Positions 38,806 to 51,427 of a stretch of 64,000 bases of DNA are shown one piece after another; position 1 is the first letter of the stretch, and each line of letters starts with the position of its first letter. The stretch spans positions 11,656,001 through 11,720,000 of the forward strand of contig OZ024746.1 in NCBI GenBank assembly GCA_964016885.1, in the 5' to 3' direction. The translations under genes were made by a program, and so were the position numbers. This DNA comes from Eledone cirrhosa (lineage: Eukaryota). The notes beneath the pieces are model-generated. The model was not told the DNA's origin, searched no databases, and worked only from the letters and a program-made list of their open reading frames with translations.

Positions 38806-39306
38806 TTTACATGTTTCTTGTTGCATTTCGGAAAGCTGCGGACACTGCCGAGCATGACGTCATATTCGCCCTCTTTCGACAACTCCTCCGAATCTTTTAG
38901 TCGCTTAAATCATTAATAATAGATAATAAATGGTTTATTATCATACTTTCTCGCTGTTTGTTTATATTTATCATAATTATGTATATATATATTAAAACTA
39001 CGATAAAAGTACGCGATTCTTGCTGCAAATTAAAATATAATATAGTTTTGTTTACGGGTTGGTTGATATATTTATGTATGCAGGTTTCCGTGTACATGCA
39101 TGTATGCACGTGCTAACTCGTGTGTACCTTTTATTCTCTCATCATACATAGCACCATTATACAAATAAATCTGAAGTTTATGCATTCCTTTTAACGAATA
39201 TTTGTACAATTTTACCAGCAATTGTTGTGAATGATCGCCTAAGGATCTGTGTGTTTGTATTGAAATATTTTTATTCTTGAAAGCTTAAGCGACTTATGTT
39301 TATAAA
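38806..39306. promoter_or_regulatory. Bidirectional promoter and 5' UTRs shared by ATXN7 and THOC7
   Basis: 501 nt between divergent ATGs, CpG-retaining. Contains CRE palindrome ATGACGTCAT (38854-38863) and E-box GCACGTGC (39106-39113). YY1-like AAAATGGCG overlaps both start codons. Confidence 0.7.
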
Positions 39307-39322
39307 ATGGCGGTTACAGACG
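39307..39322 (+). CDS. THOC7: THO complex subunit 7 homolog, coding exon 1 (MAVTD, phase-1 intron)
   Basis: aaaATGGCGGTTACAGACG|GTAAGT has a perfect donor. The peptide matches the human THOC7 start MGAVTDDEVIRKRLL, and the gene is divergent from ATXN7 as in human. Only 5 codons are visible and exon 2 was not found in the window. Confidence 0.72.
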
Positions 39323-42300
39323 GTAAGTCACATGCATGAGGCATGACTTTCATAAATATTTTGGTTAAACTATAATTTTACAGGCATTTATTTTCCAAAC
39401 TAAGAATTATGTAACATTTTGAAATTACTTTTTACTATATTTACCTTTCGTTTATATGTTTTATTGTTTATAAACATTGCCATAATTCTAGTTGTCATAG
39501 TCGGAGAGGCCGGTTTATATGACAATATATAGCAATGCAACTAAGAATTTTTCGTATTATTAAATTTATCTTGATGACTTTAAGAGTGTCGGTTGATTAT
39601 TTAGTCTCTAAACCTTGGACCAAGATAGAATTTTAAAGAAATCATCAAGACAACACCGTGCATCCCAAGACGCTTAATAGATTTTGTTTGTTTTATAAAA
39701 CAATATATATATATATAAATTCTTGTTGCTCTTGTCGATATTTTCTAACACCTCTTACTCATTTATTTAAATACTACTTTAATTTCAAAATGATTTTATA
39801 TGTTTAATTCTTCGCAACATCACTTTGCATCTTTTTCATAGCATATACTTCACTTGTTTAGCCGCCGATGAGATCTGATTCAACAGATCCATAGAGACGT
39901 TCCAGTCGTGACCAGTCTGTCTGTTTTTAAACATAGTTTATTTAGAGTTGCATTATTCAATTAGTCCTTCCTATTTTAAGACTGATTTAAAGGAGATGAG
40001 ACTGTCATTTTTAGAACATCGAGCGACTGTGTGCGTGCTCTCTTGGCTCCGTATATACATGTCCGGTGATTATTTAGTCTCGCTAGTAAAATGAAAATAT
40101 ATTACTTTCATTTTAACTTAGTATAAAAGCTTTCACTTTTGATTACCGATAACTATTAGGGTGATATATATATATAAAGAGAGAGAGGAGGGCATATGAA
40201 AAGAAAAACATCTTTATTTACGCATGAATGAAATTTGTTCGTTTCGGTAATTCAATAAAATCAAGTTAATTTGTTTTGCGTTATCGTCAAGATTACTATA
40301 TTTTTGTAGTATTATGGGTACAATTTCTCACTGACTGACCAGTTTCATCTGACGGGTGCACACAGCCCGATGATTCTCCACTGTTATGAAACTGGTCAGT
40401 CACTGAAACATTGGACTACTTTAAACCCACAATAAAAATTCATAATCTGTGTATTGAATTTTCTTTCTTAGATTGGTTGCATTTACCAGTATTATTATTA
40501 CGAATTTAAATCCTGCCGTGGTTAGCTTTGCCTTTCTTCCTTACATGGTCGATAAAAAAAAAATACCAGTAATGCACTGAGGTCGATTTAATCGACCCCC
40601 CCCCCCCTAGTTGTTAGCCTTGTGCCTAAATCAGAAACCATTATTGTGTGTGTGTAATTGTGTATATTAACTGCAATTCTGTAAAAACAAATCTTACAAA
40701 AAATCCCAAATAAAAAATTTAAAACTTGAACAGTCGTATTTTTAATATATATATATGTGTGTGTGTGTGGTGAACAATTAGATGGGTTCAGATATTTAAA
40801 AGACTTAATATAGGAATTAACATTTGAAAGTTAATACGTCTTTCTCTGTCAACTTATTTAATGAAACTGAAAGCTTCTAATGGCAAACCAAAATGAGTCT
40901 CGGGGTTTTCATTCATTTTACGTACCTAAACTGAACAATTACCCTAAGTTTTGAAAGCTGAAAGAATCTAGTCCATTAGCTCATTATATTATTACTGTTA
41001 CCTATTTTATTGATTCCTTGAGGAATTTCAACTCTGAGTTTCAGGGAATTCACTATATTGTCAACATCTATTTCCTGTTGTACTTGTTAACACACTGAGT
41101 AACGACTAACTTATTCTCTGTTGAATAAAGCAGTTCACTTCTATAAACATTGTTTATATGTTGTCGGCATTGTTTTGCCAGTGCATCTATCAATTATGTT
41201 GACAGAGTCGTGGAAACGTCTGATTGAATGCCTTCCGATATTCATTCCTTCCCTTTTCGCTCTAACCCTTTCTGGAGACGATAGGGTACCAGTTCAGGAG
41301 TGGAGATGAATTCGTCTCTTTCCTCCTTACTCTCTCTCTCTCTCTCTCGCCGAATTGTCTACGTTATGCTGTGAGAGGGACCGTGGAGGGCCACTGACAG
41401 CATCCTTTTCTTCCAAAATGGGAAGAAGAAAAAATGAACGAGGGTTCTGCAAGGTCCTCATAGGGAAACCGATAAACTACTGAAACCGTCCAAGGGTTGT
41501 CCGATGTTCAGTAAACTCTACGGAACCGAAGTAAAAAAAAGAGATCAATTTTGACAACTTTGCTAGCCGTAGTTACCTTTCTTTAATTTTCCTTAATCAT
41601 TCATGGCAATATTGTGTTTTATGTATATTACATTATATTTTATTTTCCTTCATACGTATCAAATTAATGAACCAACCAACAGCAAAGTTGGTAATATTTA
41701 TAGTTGACATTAATAAAAACTATTCTGAAATACATTTTGGTTTCTGTTTACACTTACCAAACCTTTCATCTGTTCACTAAAAGAATATGTATATATATAT
41801 ATACCATTAAGACTTCCTATTGGAGTGTTTGTTATTTGTGAATATGTGTGGGTGATCCTTTGCTAATATACATCAGTATATACACTAATAAAAACATACA
41901 AAACTGTTGCAGCTACGTTCTTCAACCATTTCAAAATTATTTAGGCTTTATAATAACTTTACTTTCGTTCGGATTCCCCAATCATCCAATCTAAAATAAT
42001 TTCTATATGTTTATTAACTTTTAAGAATCGGTGTAGTTTTCGTTTACTGTTCTATCGAAAGTAAGCAAGGGAGATTAGTGGAATATAACCATTGTTTGGA
42101 TTTCTGTGTTTCAAAGGAATATGTATTTACTTGTAACAACTCGTGGCGATGATAAATAAATAGCCGTAAAATAACAAACAACTAGATTGGTGTTGAGCGA
42201 CAAGCAGACACTGATCGAGCCGACCTGTGATCAAATGCTTTCCTGTTGTGACCATCACATTGACTATATTGTCGATTGCGCCCTTTTTATAAAAGGTGAC

Positions 42301-42627
42301 GTAGAATCGTAGAGACGCCGTCCTGACAGAAACCATCTCTCTCCAAGCTGGAATGCAGCCGATTTATTCCAGAGAAGGAGGCAGACAAAGAAACAACTCC
42401 AGTACTGAACTGGTACTTTATTGATTTCAAAAGGATGGAAGACACAGTTGACCTTAATAGGATTTAAACTCAGTGCACAATGAGCTGAAACAAGTACCGA
42501 GGTACTTTTAATATGACGCCCTTACGACTGCCAATTCATCAACTTAGTGTTGAATAAGAAACTTTTAATTACTATTTGTGAATATCAGAATATCCTATTT
42601 CATTTAGTGGTTAGAGCATTGGGCTAT

Positions 42628-42973
42628 GGAGGCACATGGCTTAGTGGTTAGAGCATTGGGCTTGCAATCGAAATGTTGTGAGTTCAATTCTCAGACCAGG
42701 TGATGTGTTGTTTCCTTGAGCAAGACACTTTATTTCACATTGCTCCAGTTTACTCAGCTGTAGAAATGAGATGAAAGGACTGAGGTCCCTATCATTCCAC
42801 TGTAAAGTGGTCGTGGAGGCGCCACGGCAAAAAAGCACCCAGCACTCACTGTAAATGAGGTTGGTGTTAGGAAGGGCATCCAGCTGTAGAAATCAAGCCA
42901 GAATCAGTTCCCGTCCCACCCTTGCAAGCAGGGAAAAGCGGACGTAAAATGAAATGATGATGATGATGATGAT
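42628..42973 (+). mobile_element. tRNA/CORE-type SINE with RTE tail
   Basis: Near-identical to 34859-35245 but one internal repeat unit shorter. Confidence 0.9.
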
Positions 42974-45329
42974 TGGAAGGATTTGCACCTTCTTGTCAGC
43001 AACCTTTCAACAGAAGGTGTTTATAGATACATGGATTTTTGTCTATAAAAATAACCACCTGAGAAAGAGATACTTCAAGGCTGCAAATTGGCAGTCATTA
43101 GAATGTTGGAGAGAATTTGTATGCATTCTGAGTTCAAATCCCATTACAGTCAATTTTACGTTTCATTTTTTATCTTAATAAATAAAATACAAGTTCAGGG
43201 TGCTGGATCAGTGGATCTGTTAGAGCATAGGGCAGGATGAATAGCAGCATCTGTCTCAACCTTTGTCTTTCTTTGGACAACATCCTTAGCTTGGGGAGAA
43301 TTCCATGCATAAGCAACTGCTATTCTTTCATAAAATCTTTGCCCAAGCCTGCACCTTAAGGAAGGACCTTGCAGCTGCAAATCCACTGTTTGACAAGATA
43401 TGTGGAGCACCCTCTTCCCCAGATTTTCAGAGAAGGGAAACTAAAATTTGGTGAGTTAATTGTATGGGCATTTTCTTTACTAGCTAGTCAGTAAATCTTT
43501 TTTCTTATCAGTACTGCAAGTCTTAGCCCATTGTTTTAATTTCACTCTTTCTCACTATCTCCTTCCTTTAACTATTGCAATTTCTTATACTCTTAACTTG
43601 CTAATTCTCTATATCCATCACTGAAATCAATTCCATAAAGCCATCTCTCTGCCTCACAGAACTGCACCATTCTGAAACTCCCATTTTCCCCATGGTTTTC
43701 GTTGTTGTTGTTTGTTTGTTGTTTTTTTTTTTCTCTAATCTCTGTTCAAACCTAACATTAACCACAATTACATCACCTCATCATTTCTATAGCAACATTT
43801 TCTTTTTCTTTTTTGCTAGTTATCAAAGACATATCAGAAATCACTTTTGCTACTATAAGGCAATTAATCTCCCTATAAATTATGAGAACTATATTTATAT
43901 CACAGTTGTGATAACCTAAAAATAAGAAGTGTAAAAAATTGTTTACTAATCACTTTTATAACATTTGACGAGCATGTAATTCTGTCCTACTCCTTTGGAA
44001 CACCATATATTGCCATTGAATTAAATAACGAGTTTATATATATATATGAAGAGTGAATGCTTATAAGTGTTTGTATGACACAATTATATATATATATTTC
44101 ATATATTAATTTATTTATCTAAGTGTATTTATAAAGATTCAAGTATTTAACTTTTATTTTCAAAATTAGTATTCATTTTATTATTAAATTGATGGTGGTG
44201 GATTAGCAGAATCATACAGACTACTATGAGAAATGTGTTTGTGTCATGTTTCAAATTCTCAAATGTTCATATTATTATTAGGGATCATCAGGCCCATCCA
44301 TTTCCATTAAAAGCTATTTCATTATTTCTTTATGCCTTTTATTTATCTCTACTGCTTTAGTAAGGTTATTTATCTGATCTTATTTTTCTCTATATAGTTC
44401 TTGGTAATTTAAATTCTCATATTTTTTAGTATTCAGCATTTCATATTTAAATGTACTAGTTTCACCTATCTTATAATATCCAGTCTCTATTCAGATACTA
44501 TTAAACTAGAAATATGAAGAACTTTTTTTAACATTTTCCTGGAAGAGGCAATCTCAGTTTAGTGGAATGAATTTTAAAATGTCATGTTTACACTCATAAA
44601 ATTAATTGATTATCAATTTTTATCAACAGTAAGTACAATCTACTAATGTTTTATCTAATAAACATTTGAGCTTATTAGAAAATAAAAATAGATAATTTTT
44701 TTGGAATACTTCATATCTTTAATTGGCAGAATTGGTAGAATGCTGGGATAAAATGCCGTATTTATTCCGGCTCTTTACATTCTTTGTTCATTTCTTGCCC
44801 AGGTCAATTTTGCCCCTCATCCTTCTGGGGTCAATAAAGTAAAGTACCAGTTAAATACTGAGGTTGATATAATCAACTTTGCCCTTCCCCCAAATTTGCT
44901 GATCTTGTGCTTAAATTAGAAATCAATATTGGTAGAGTCATTAGAGCATCAGACATGTTGTCCTCTTTAACACCCCCACCCCCCTGCTCTCTAGCATCAG
45001 ACATGGTGTTTAACTACAACCCTTTACATTCTGAGTCCTAATCCCACTGCAATCAACTTCACTTTTTATCCTTTTAGAGTCAAGTACTTGGGTCAATATT
45101 ATCCACTATACCCCTCCCTCAAATTTTGGTGCCTTGTGCCTTTGTAAGAAATCAATATTTTGCCTTTGATTTCTAACAATGTACAGTGTTAACATTTGAA
45201 ACATTCATATATCATACTTTATCTCTGAAAGAAATTATTTAATGACTTTTCAGTTACTATACATCATTTTATTACTTAAAATAGATTATCATTGATATCA
45301 ACATTCAACACATATTTCAATGCCTTTAG

Positions 45330-46410
45330 ATGTTCAACCTATTTTTGGGGTGTATTTGTGGCGTTGATTCCAAAAATGGCTTCAATTTTGCCCCATCACA
45401 TCTAATTACTTAATGATTTGCTATTTGATAAGAAAATAACATTAATATTAATACTATAAATATATTATATTCTAATAAAACTACCAAATATTATTGAATC
45501 AGTTTATTTCAGCACAAAAGCTTCAAGTGCACTGCAATTAGATTTATAATAATTTAACTAAAAAAGTAAGTCTAAAACGTAAAATGACCAATCATTCAAT
45601 ACATAAGAAACTTCTTTTATAAAACTTTTTAGGTTGACATATATCAAAACAGTCCTGATGAACGTTCCTTCAATAATCTATTATTATGTGTGTATCTCAC
45701 TTTCACTGATACTTCTCTTCCATTGTTTTTAATATATCTTGATGAAAGTTTTCTCCTTATTCTTTGCTGAAATCTCTAAGTTTTGCTGAAAAGCAGTCTA
45801 AATGACTATAGCCCTGTTTAAAATCCAGTTTATTAAGATTGAAGAGAATGTCCTTTACTAATTCGGATTAGTTGCCTACCTTATGATTATCTAGAAAGTT
45901 TTTGACCATTAGAACAAAGACCATGCAGAGGACACAGTATTGCTGATTGAATCTATGAAATATGGATCTTGTATAAGCTCTTGTACCTCAGGGCCATCAA
46001 CAACTGAATTTACTACATAAGGAAGCAAAAGAAACACCTTTGTCTTTAAAGGACTTTAAAAATTGCTTCAATATATAATGGTGGCAGAATGATTTTTCTT
46101 TTTCTCTTTCAATCAAATGTTCATTAATAACATTTTCTTCTACAACTAACATTTTTATCAAAGACCACTTTTTTTCTTATACAGTGGTCATCTTTGACTC
46201 TGCTGGCCAACATAAAAAAAAACATATTTTCTGTGGTCAAATCATTTTATTACTATAAATTGATTTTATGAATGTACACATCACATGAACCCTCTTTTGA
46301 AATCTTTCACTAAAATTCTGAGTGTGTGATTAGGAGGAAAAGGTCAAATAAAATTTTGTCAGTCTGTTGTAGTGAAGTTAACAGATTAAAAAATTTGTGA
46401 ACCCCTGACG
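45330..46410 (-). mobile_element. Decayed DNA transposon, probably Chapaev3/CMC-like transposase pseudogene
   Basis: Minus-strand fragments LKQFLK, DGPEVQEL..D, VKNFLDN.K and SKE*GESFHQDI..MEEKYQ resemble MKQFVK..DGPQIR.L..FLGN.K..SEEQGERFHQDI..ME.RYQ. Confidence 0.55.
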
Positions 46411-46629
46411 TAACTTCTAAATATTGTATGTACTATCACTTACTACTGCTTTCAAACCTTCTACTTATCTACTATAACCTTATCTATTACACACTGTTTT
46501 ATCTGCTTATCTTGTATTCAGCCAGAATACATTAATGACTAATCTATGTTCGGTGACACGTTCCTACCTAATATATAGACATGGTGATCATAGGTTTTAG
46601 TGACACTGAATGGCAGCAGGCCACCTTAC

Positions 46630-47050
46630 ATTGTCAGATATGGCAGCCTTGGTCTCCTGTCTCATTGACCCTGCCTGCTTTTCTTTCATCAGTGACCTCT
46701 TGCCATGTTCTCATCAACAGGGTTCTCCACAACACAACTGAACTTATGTGATCAGAGAACATGAAGCAACCTACGTGACATGGAACCAGCTCGGCCACCA
46801 CCCTGTGAGCGTTCATCCTCCTTTCCTCTCCGTAGACATGTAGTCCCCCACCCCACCCCCAAAATCAAATGGGACGCCCTGCTTTGTAACATGATTTCAG
46901 ACAGGTTGGTGTGCCGGTTGAACCTGACATGTTTCCGCTTGGCCACCCAATGCCATAGTGGTGCCTGGCTCAACATAGTTCCATCACTTGCATCTGGCAT
47001 TCAGCTAGCTTGACAGTGGTGTTTTCCTGAGGCTTACCCTGGTTCATTCA
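46630..47050 (+). mobile_element. CRE/NeSL-like (RLE-type) non-LTR retrotransposon remnant
   Basis: RYGSLGL..LTLPAFLSS, KWDALLC and RLATQCHSGAWLNIVPSLASGIQL match the R.GGLG...LPAFLAS and SGAWL.A.P...GL.L motifs. Confidence 0.6.
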
Positions 47051-48329
47051 GCTACCAGTACAGGCTCTGCTGCCCGCCAAGCTGAGAACTATTAATTCAT
47101 GAGTCTTCTTATTGTTGGGTGTATTGGTATTTCATTCAATATATACACAATGTACACTCTTCTTTCCAAGTTTGGATTCCTCTCAACTAACATTCTTTTG
47201 GCTAAAATTCCTTCCTTGAGATCCAAGTGACTCCTGTTTGAGAATCATTACCCTACAGTCATCTATATCTTCACACATATGATAATGGCGGTTGTGGTAG
47301 CAGAAATGGTTATGTTGTTGGTATGGATAGATCAGAATTTCTGGTTTATTTTGTTGTCTCTGAACAAATGTATTAATTTTACTTGCCATAGTCAAACTAA
47401 CTAGAGAATAGATCCACAGTTATAGATCTGCATTTACTAGGACTCCATTTCTCTTTGTTTAATAATATTATAGTAATCAGTTTCAAAGCATTAAGTTTTT
47501 TATGAGTGTTTGTGTTCCATGGAATGATAAAATATTTAATTTAATATAAATATAGTCCTGACTCAGTCTGTGATAACCCATTGCTAGCAAAAAAAATGTG
47601 ATAACCCTTACTAGCAAAAAAAATGGAATTAAATGATGATGATTTATCAAAAATTAAAAATATAATCGCATTAAGTAAAAAGAATTGTTCTACTCAGAAA
47701 AAGGCCATTAACAACCCATGGCTATGTCCATGAAAATCTTATACATGAATAATATCAGGTGTAGCTCATGATAATATAATATCAACATGGGGAAGAGAGA
47801 GAGAATGAGATATACTATCATCTTAAAATGGTTATATTCAAATGTCAGCCATTTCAGAATAGAAAATTAATGTCATCATTTGCTCCAATTCTTGACATTA
47901 AGTTTACAGTTGATAGTAACATTTCTCTAGCTTTCTATCAGTATCATCATCATCATCATTATTATTAACATCATCATCATCTTCATTAAAAGTATCATTA
48001 TCCATCATTCAGTTTCCATTTTTCCATACATGCGTGGATTAGGTGAGTGTTACTTTACAGTAGCTATCCATATAGTCCAATCCTATGATCTTCCCACTAA
48101 GAAGCTCAATGTACTCATATTTGATTGAGTTACGTTATTTCTGAGCCTTCATTAATCTATCTCTCTAATTACATGTACAGTACATCATTAACTATGACAC
48201 TTTTTTCCCTTACAACTAGCTTGCATATCCATTCACATTATGTCTAAACCAGTATAAATGTTCAGGTACTGGATTCAATATAAAATCAACTATACCCTCC
48301 TACAAGGTTCAATGGCCATGATCCTCATT

Positions 48330-48600
48330 ATTATTATTTTTATATTGCATGTCATCATTGCATTGCCTAGTAGTGTTATTTTCTGTATGTTGTATATATT
48401 TGTAAGTCCTGGGGTTTCAGTTACGTATCTGTCTGTGTTTTTTATCATTCGCAATGTTTCTGTTTTGATCATCCACATTTGAGTCATTTCCGTCTCCAGA
48501 TCTTTATATTTGGGTAATTTCTTCATTTCCTTGATAGACGTATTGTTATCTGTGGGGATTATAGAATTGTTTTTACATCTGCTTTTCCTTGCTGACATGG
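48330..48600 (-). mobile_element. R4/Dong-like LINE C-terminal (restriction-like endonuclease) remnant
   Basis: IPTDNNTSIKEMKKLPKYKDLETEMTQMW...IQKITLLGNA. Confidence 0.75.
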
Positions 48601-48719
48601 GTTGATCATTTCTTCCTGACACCAACCCTTTTAGTTGCCTCTAATGATACATAGAATGCAATGTACCTATTGTAAAAGCCAGGATGTAGAGTGCCAGGCA
48701 AAATGATTTGCAATATTTT

Positions 48720-49015
48720 CCGTATATACTCATATATAAGCCAAGTAAAATGTGAGAAAAAAATTTAAGGGTAAAATGGAAGGACAGGTCGGCTTATATT
48801 TGAGGTCAATATTTTGCCAATTTGTGAAACAAAAGCTATACTTTAAACAACACAAATATTTTAAATATCAAAATATTTAAAAACTTCAAGAGAATTTCAA
48901 AACTGTACCATCTAAACATAATGTGTTGATTACCAGCCTGGCTTATGAATAGGGGTTGAATTTTTGCCTTTTTCTCAGACATAAATAGGGGGTCAACTTA
49001 TATTTAATATATATT
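48720..49015. mobile_element. Tc2/pogo-like non-autonomous DNA transposon remnant
   Basis: Starts CCGTATATACTCATATATAAGCC. Homologous to 2495-2943. Confidence 0.6.
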
Positions 49016-49944
49016 GTAATTATATCCCTTTACATTCTATGTTAAAATCCTTGAAAGATATATGAAAGGGGCAAGCCTGGCTCTATTCAGTGGAGCTATT
49101 CTCTGTATATGCTTGTAGGCTGTAAATTGACATCTGAGAGAGGACACTTACCGTTGGTAGTCAGGATTATTCACAATCTGGAGAGTTCTTTGATAGTTCC
49201 AAAGTGGCAGTCCTTCTCTTAGAGTATTACCATATTTTGTTAACTTATTCCAGTGTAAAGCCCCATATGTTTTTTGTAAGCTGTCTCTGTAAGTCTCCTC
49301 ATCTCTTGTCCTTAAATTTTATGTGTGTATAACATTTTATATTCTAATATGTATTTCTTAAAATATGTAGAATGGGAATAAGCTGTGAGTAGGTTAGTTG
49401 GTTGGCTTGCTCTCGTTGTAGTTTTATTTCAAAGGTGAGGAGGATATTTGTTTTGTTTATTTTATTTTACTATTTGTTTTTATGCATAAGCATGTTGACT
49501 TGTATGTTTGTGGGGGAGGGGGTTGTATTTGCATCAAATTTCTAAGCTTCTTTCACAGACCAACCCTGTGTTTCTCAGCACGCCAACTTGGAACAAAGGA
49601 GAGATAGGCTGAGTAAAGAAATATATACAGAAAGTAAGGTTGGAAGAATGAAAGCAAGCTTCAAGTTGTATGTCGACGTACATTGGCACTTCACCTTCTG
49701 TTTTCAGCTAAATATTATTTTGCTTGCATTAACTTATTTCCAATTGTATCTGCAGTTGTGTTTCAAAGTTTAGATGACTGTTGAAAAATAACTTAGAATA
49801 ATAATAATAACTAACTGACCTGGTAGCAATTCCACAGTTTAATTAGAAACAACCACCAAGTAATAAAGATTTATATAATATTTTTAGTGTTTTATTTATA
49901 AGTTATATATATACAGACACAAATAATATAATAGTCTGGAATTC

Positions 49945-50200
49945 TTCTTTTCCCACCTATTCATGAGAGGGTCATGGGGGCAGAGTCTTCAAACATTCCT
50001 TTCAGGGGATCCTGTCAAAAGCAACCACCTCCAACTGATCCAGCTGGATCCCCAAACAAGACCAGCCAAGTTCATGGATGTAATCCAACCATCTTGCTCA
50101 GCATCTACCTCTGGGTCTCTTGACGGTTGGTTTTGCCCGTAAAATCTGTCTAGCGATTCTTTCCTGATACACTCTAAACACATGCCTGTATGCCCGTAGT
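49945..50200 (-). mobile_element. RTE-type LINE 3' fragment
   Basis: Homolog of 3523-3785 (YGH..RV..ERIARQIL.AKPT.KRPRGR). Confidence 0.7.
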
Positions 50201-50207
50201 CTGAGAT

Positions 50208-50425
50208 TTAACCCTTTAATGTTCAAACCGGCCAGAATTCTCTACCTCTTTCTGTTGAAACTGGCTGTAACTGGTCGTTCAAACTGATGTTAATGAATTG
50301 TTCTCAAAATAAATACTTTCAAAATCTCATAGATTCGATATTATGTGAGATAATTATGCGAGGTAAAGCTTTTACCATGAAAATATAATAGTATATATAG
50401 AGCAATGTGAATGCTAAAAGGTTAA
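50208..50425. mobile_element. piggyBac-like MITE family A
   Basis: TTAA-flanked homolog of 19468-19683. Confidence 0.8.
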
Positions 50426-51427
50426 AAGTCAAATCTGCACATAACTCATGCCATCATTCCCTTTCCATAAAGACTTGTTATAGAATGGGATTTTTTTTAA
50501 AACCCACCACTGTTCTCTCTTTTTCTCACACACACACTCACATGCATATATTCCTATCATCCCCTTTTCAGTGTGACCAACCTTTTACATGACACATACA
50601 CCAGCTTAAATTATAATAGATTCTAATTTAGGCACAATGCCATCAGTTTGGTGGAAGAGGAAAATCAATTAAATTGCCCACAGTACCTGACTTTTATTGT
50701 ATTTTATCAACTCCAAGTGGATGAAAGGCAAAGTTGACTTCAGCGGTATCTGAACTCAGACGGTAAAGAACCAAGACAAATACTGCAAGGAATTTTGTCC
50801 AATGCTCTACCAGGTCTACAATCCACAATTATAATAATAATGGTTTCTGATTTAGGCAGAAGGCCAACAATTTTGGGAGAGGGGAAGTTGATTAAATCAA
50901 CCTCGGTACATTACTGGTACTTTATTTCATTGCCCTCGTAAGGATGAAAGGCAAAGTTGACCATGGCAGGATTTGAACTTGGAATAGTAAAAAGCTGGAA
51001 CAAATACCACAACGCATTTATTTTCCAACCATCAGTTCTGCCTTTGTGTGTGTGTGTGTAAAAGAGGCCTTTACTGAACTGAATTAAATTATATTACTGA
51101 TATATATTGACCCCTGAAATTATTGCTAGCAGAAACACTAGTGCTAAACAAAATTTGCAATATTTAGTTAAGTCCTTTTACATTCTAAGTTCAAATCCTA
51201 ATAGAGTTGACTTTGCCATTCATCATACTTCCAGGTTCAATAAAATTAGTACTTATAAAGTGTTTAGATCAATATAATCAGCTATACACCCTCTCAAAAT
51301 GTGTAGCCTTGTATTTTTGCTAGAAATAATCAATATTATTATACTATGTTTATATTTATTTAAAAACCTTCCATTATAGTTTTTTGTAAAAACCTTTGTT
51401 ATATTATGTTCCAAACACCACCTTAAT

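Noticed and set aside
38581-38826. 81-aa ORF treated as a complete gene
   Set aside because: Only the part up to 38718 is exonic. A GTGAGT donor follows, and splicing to 38525 restores ATXN7 similarity.
49588-49773. HR1/PKN-like coiled coil in LEQRRDRLSKEI
   Set aside because: Too short and generic, with no supporting exons.
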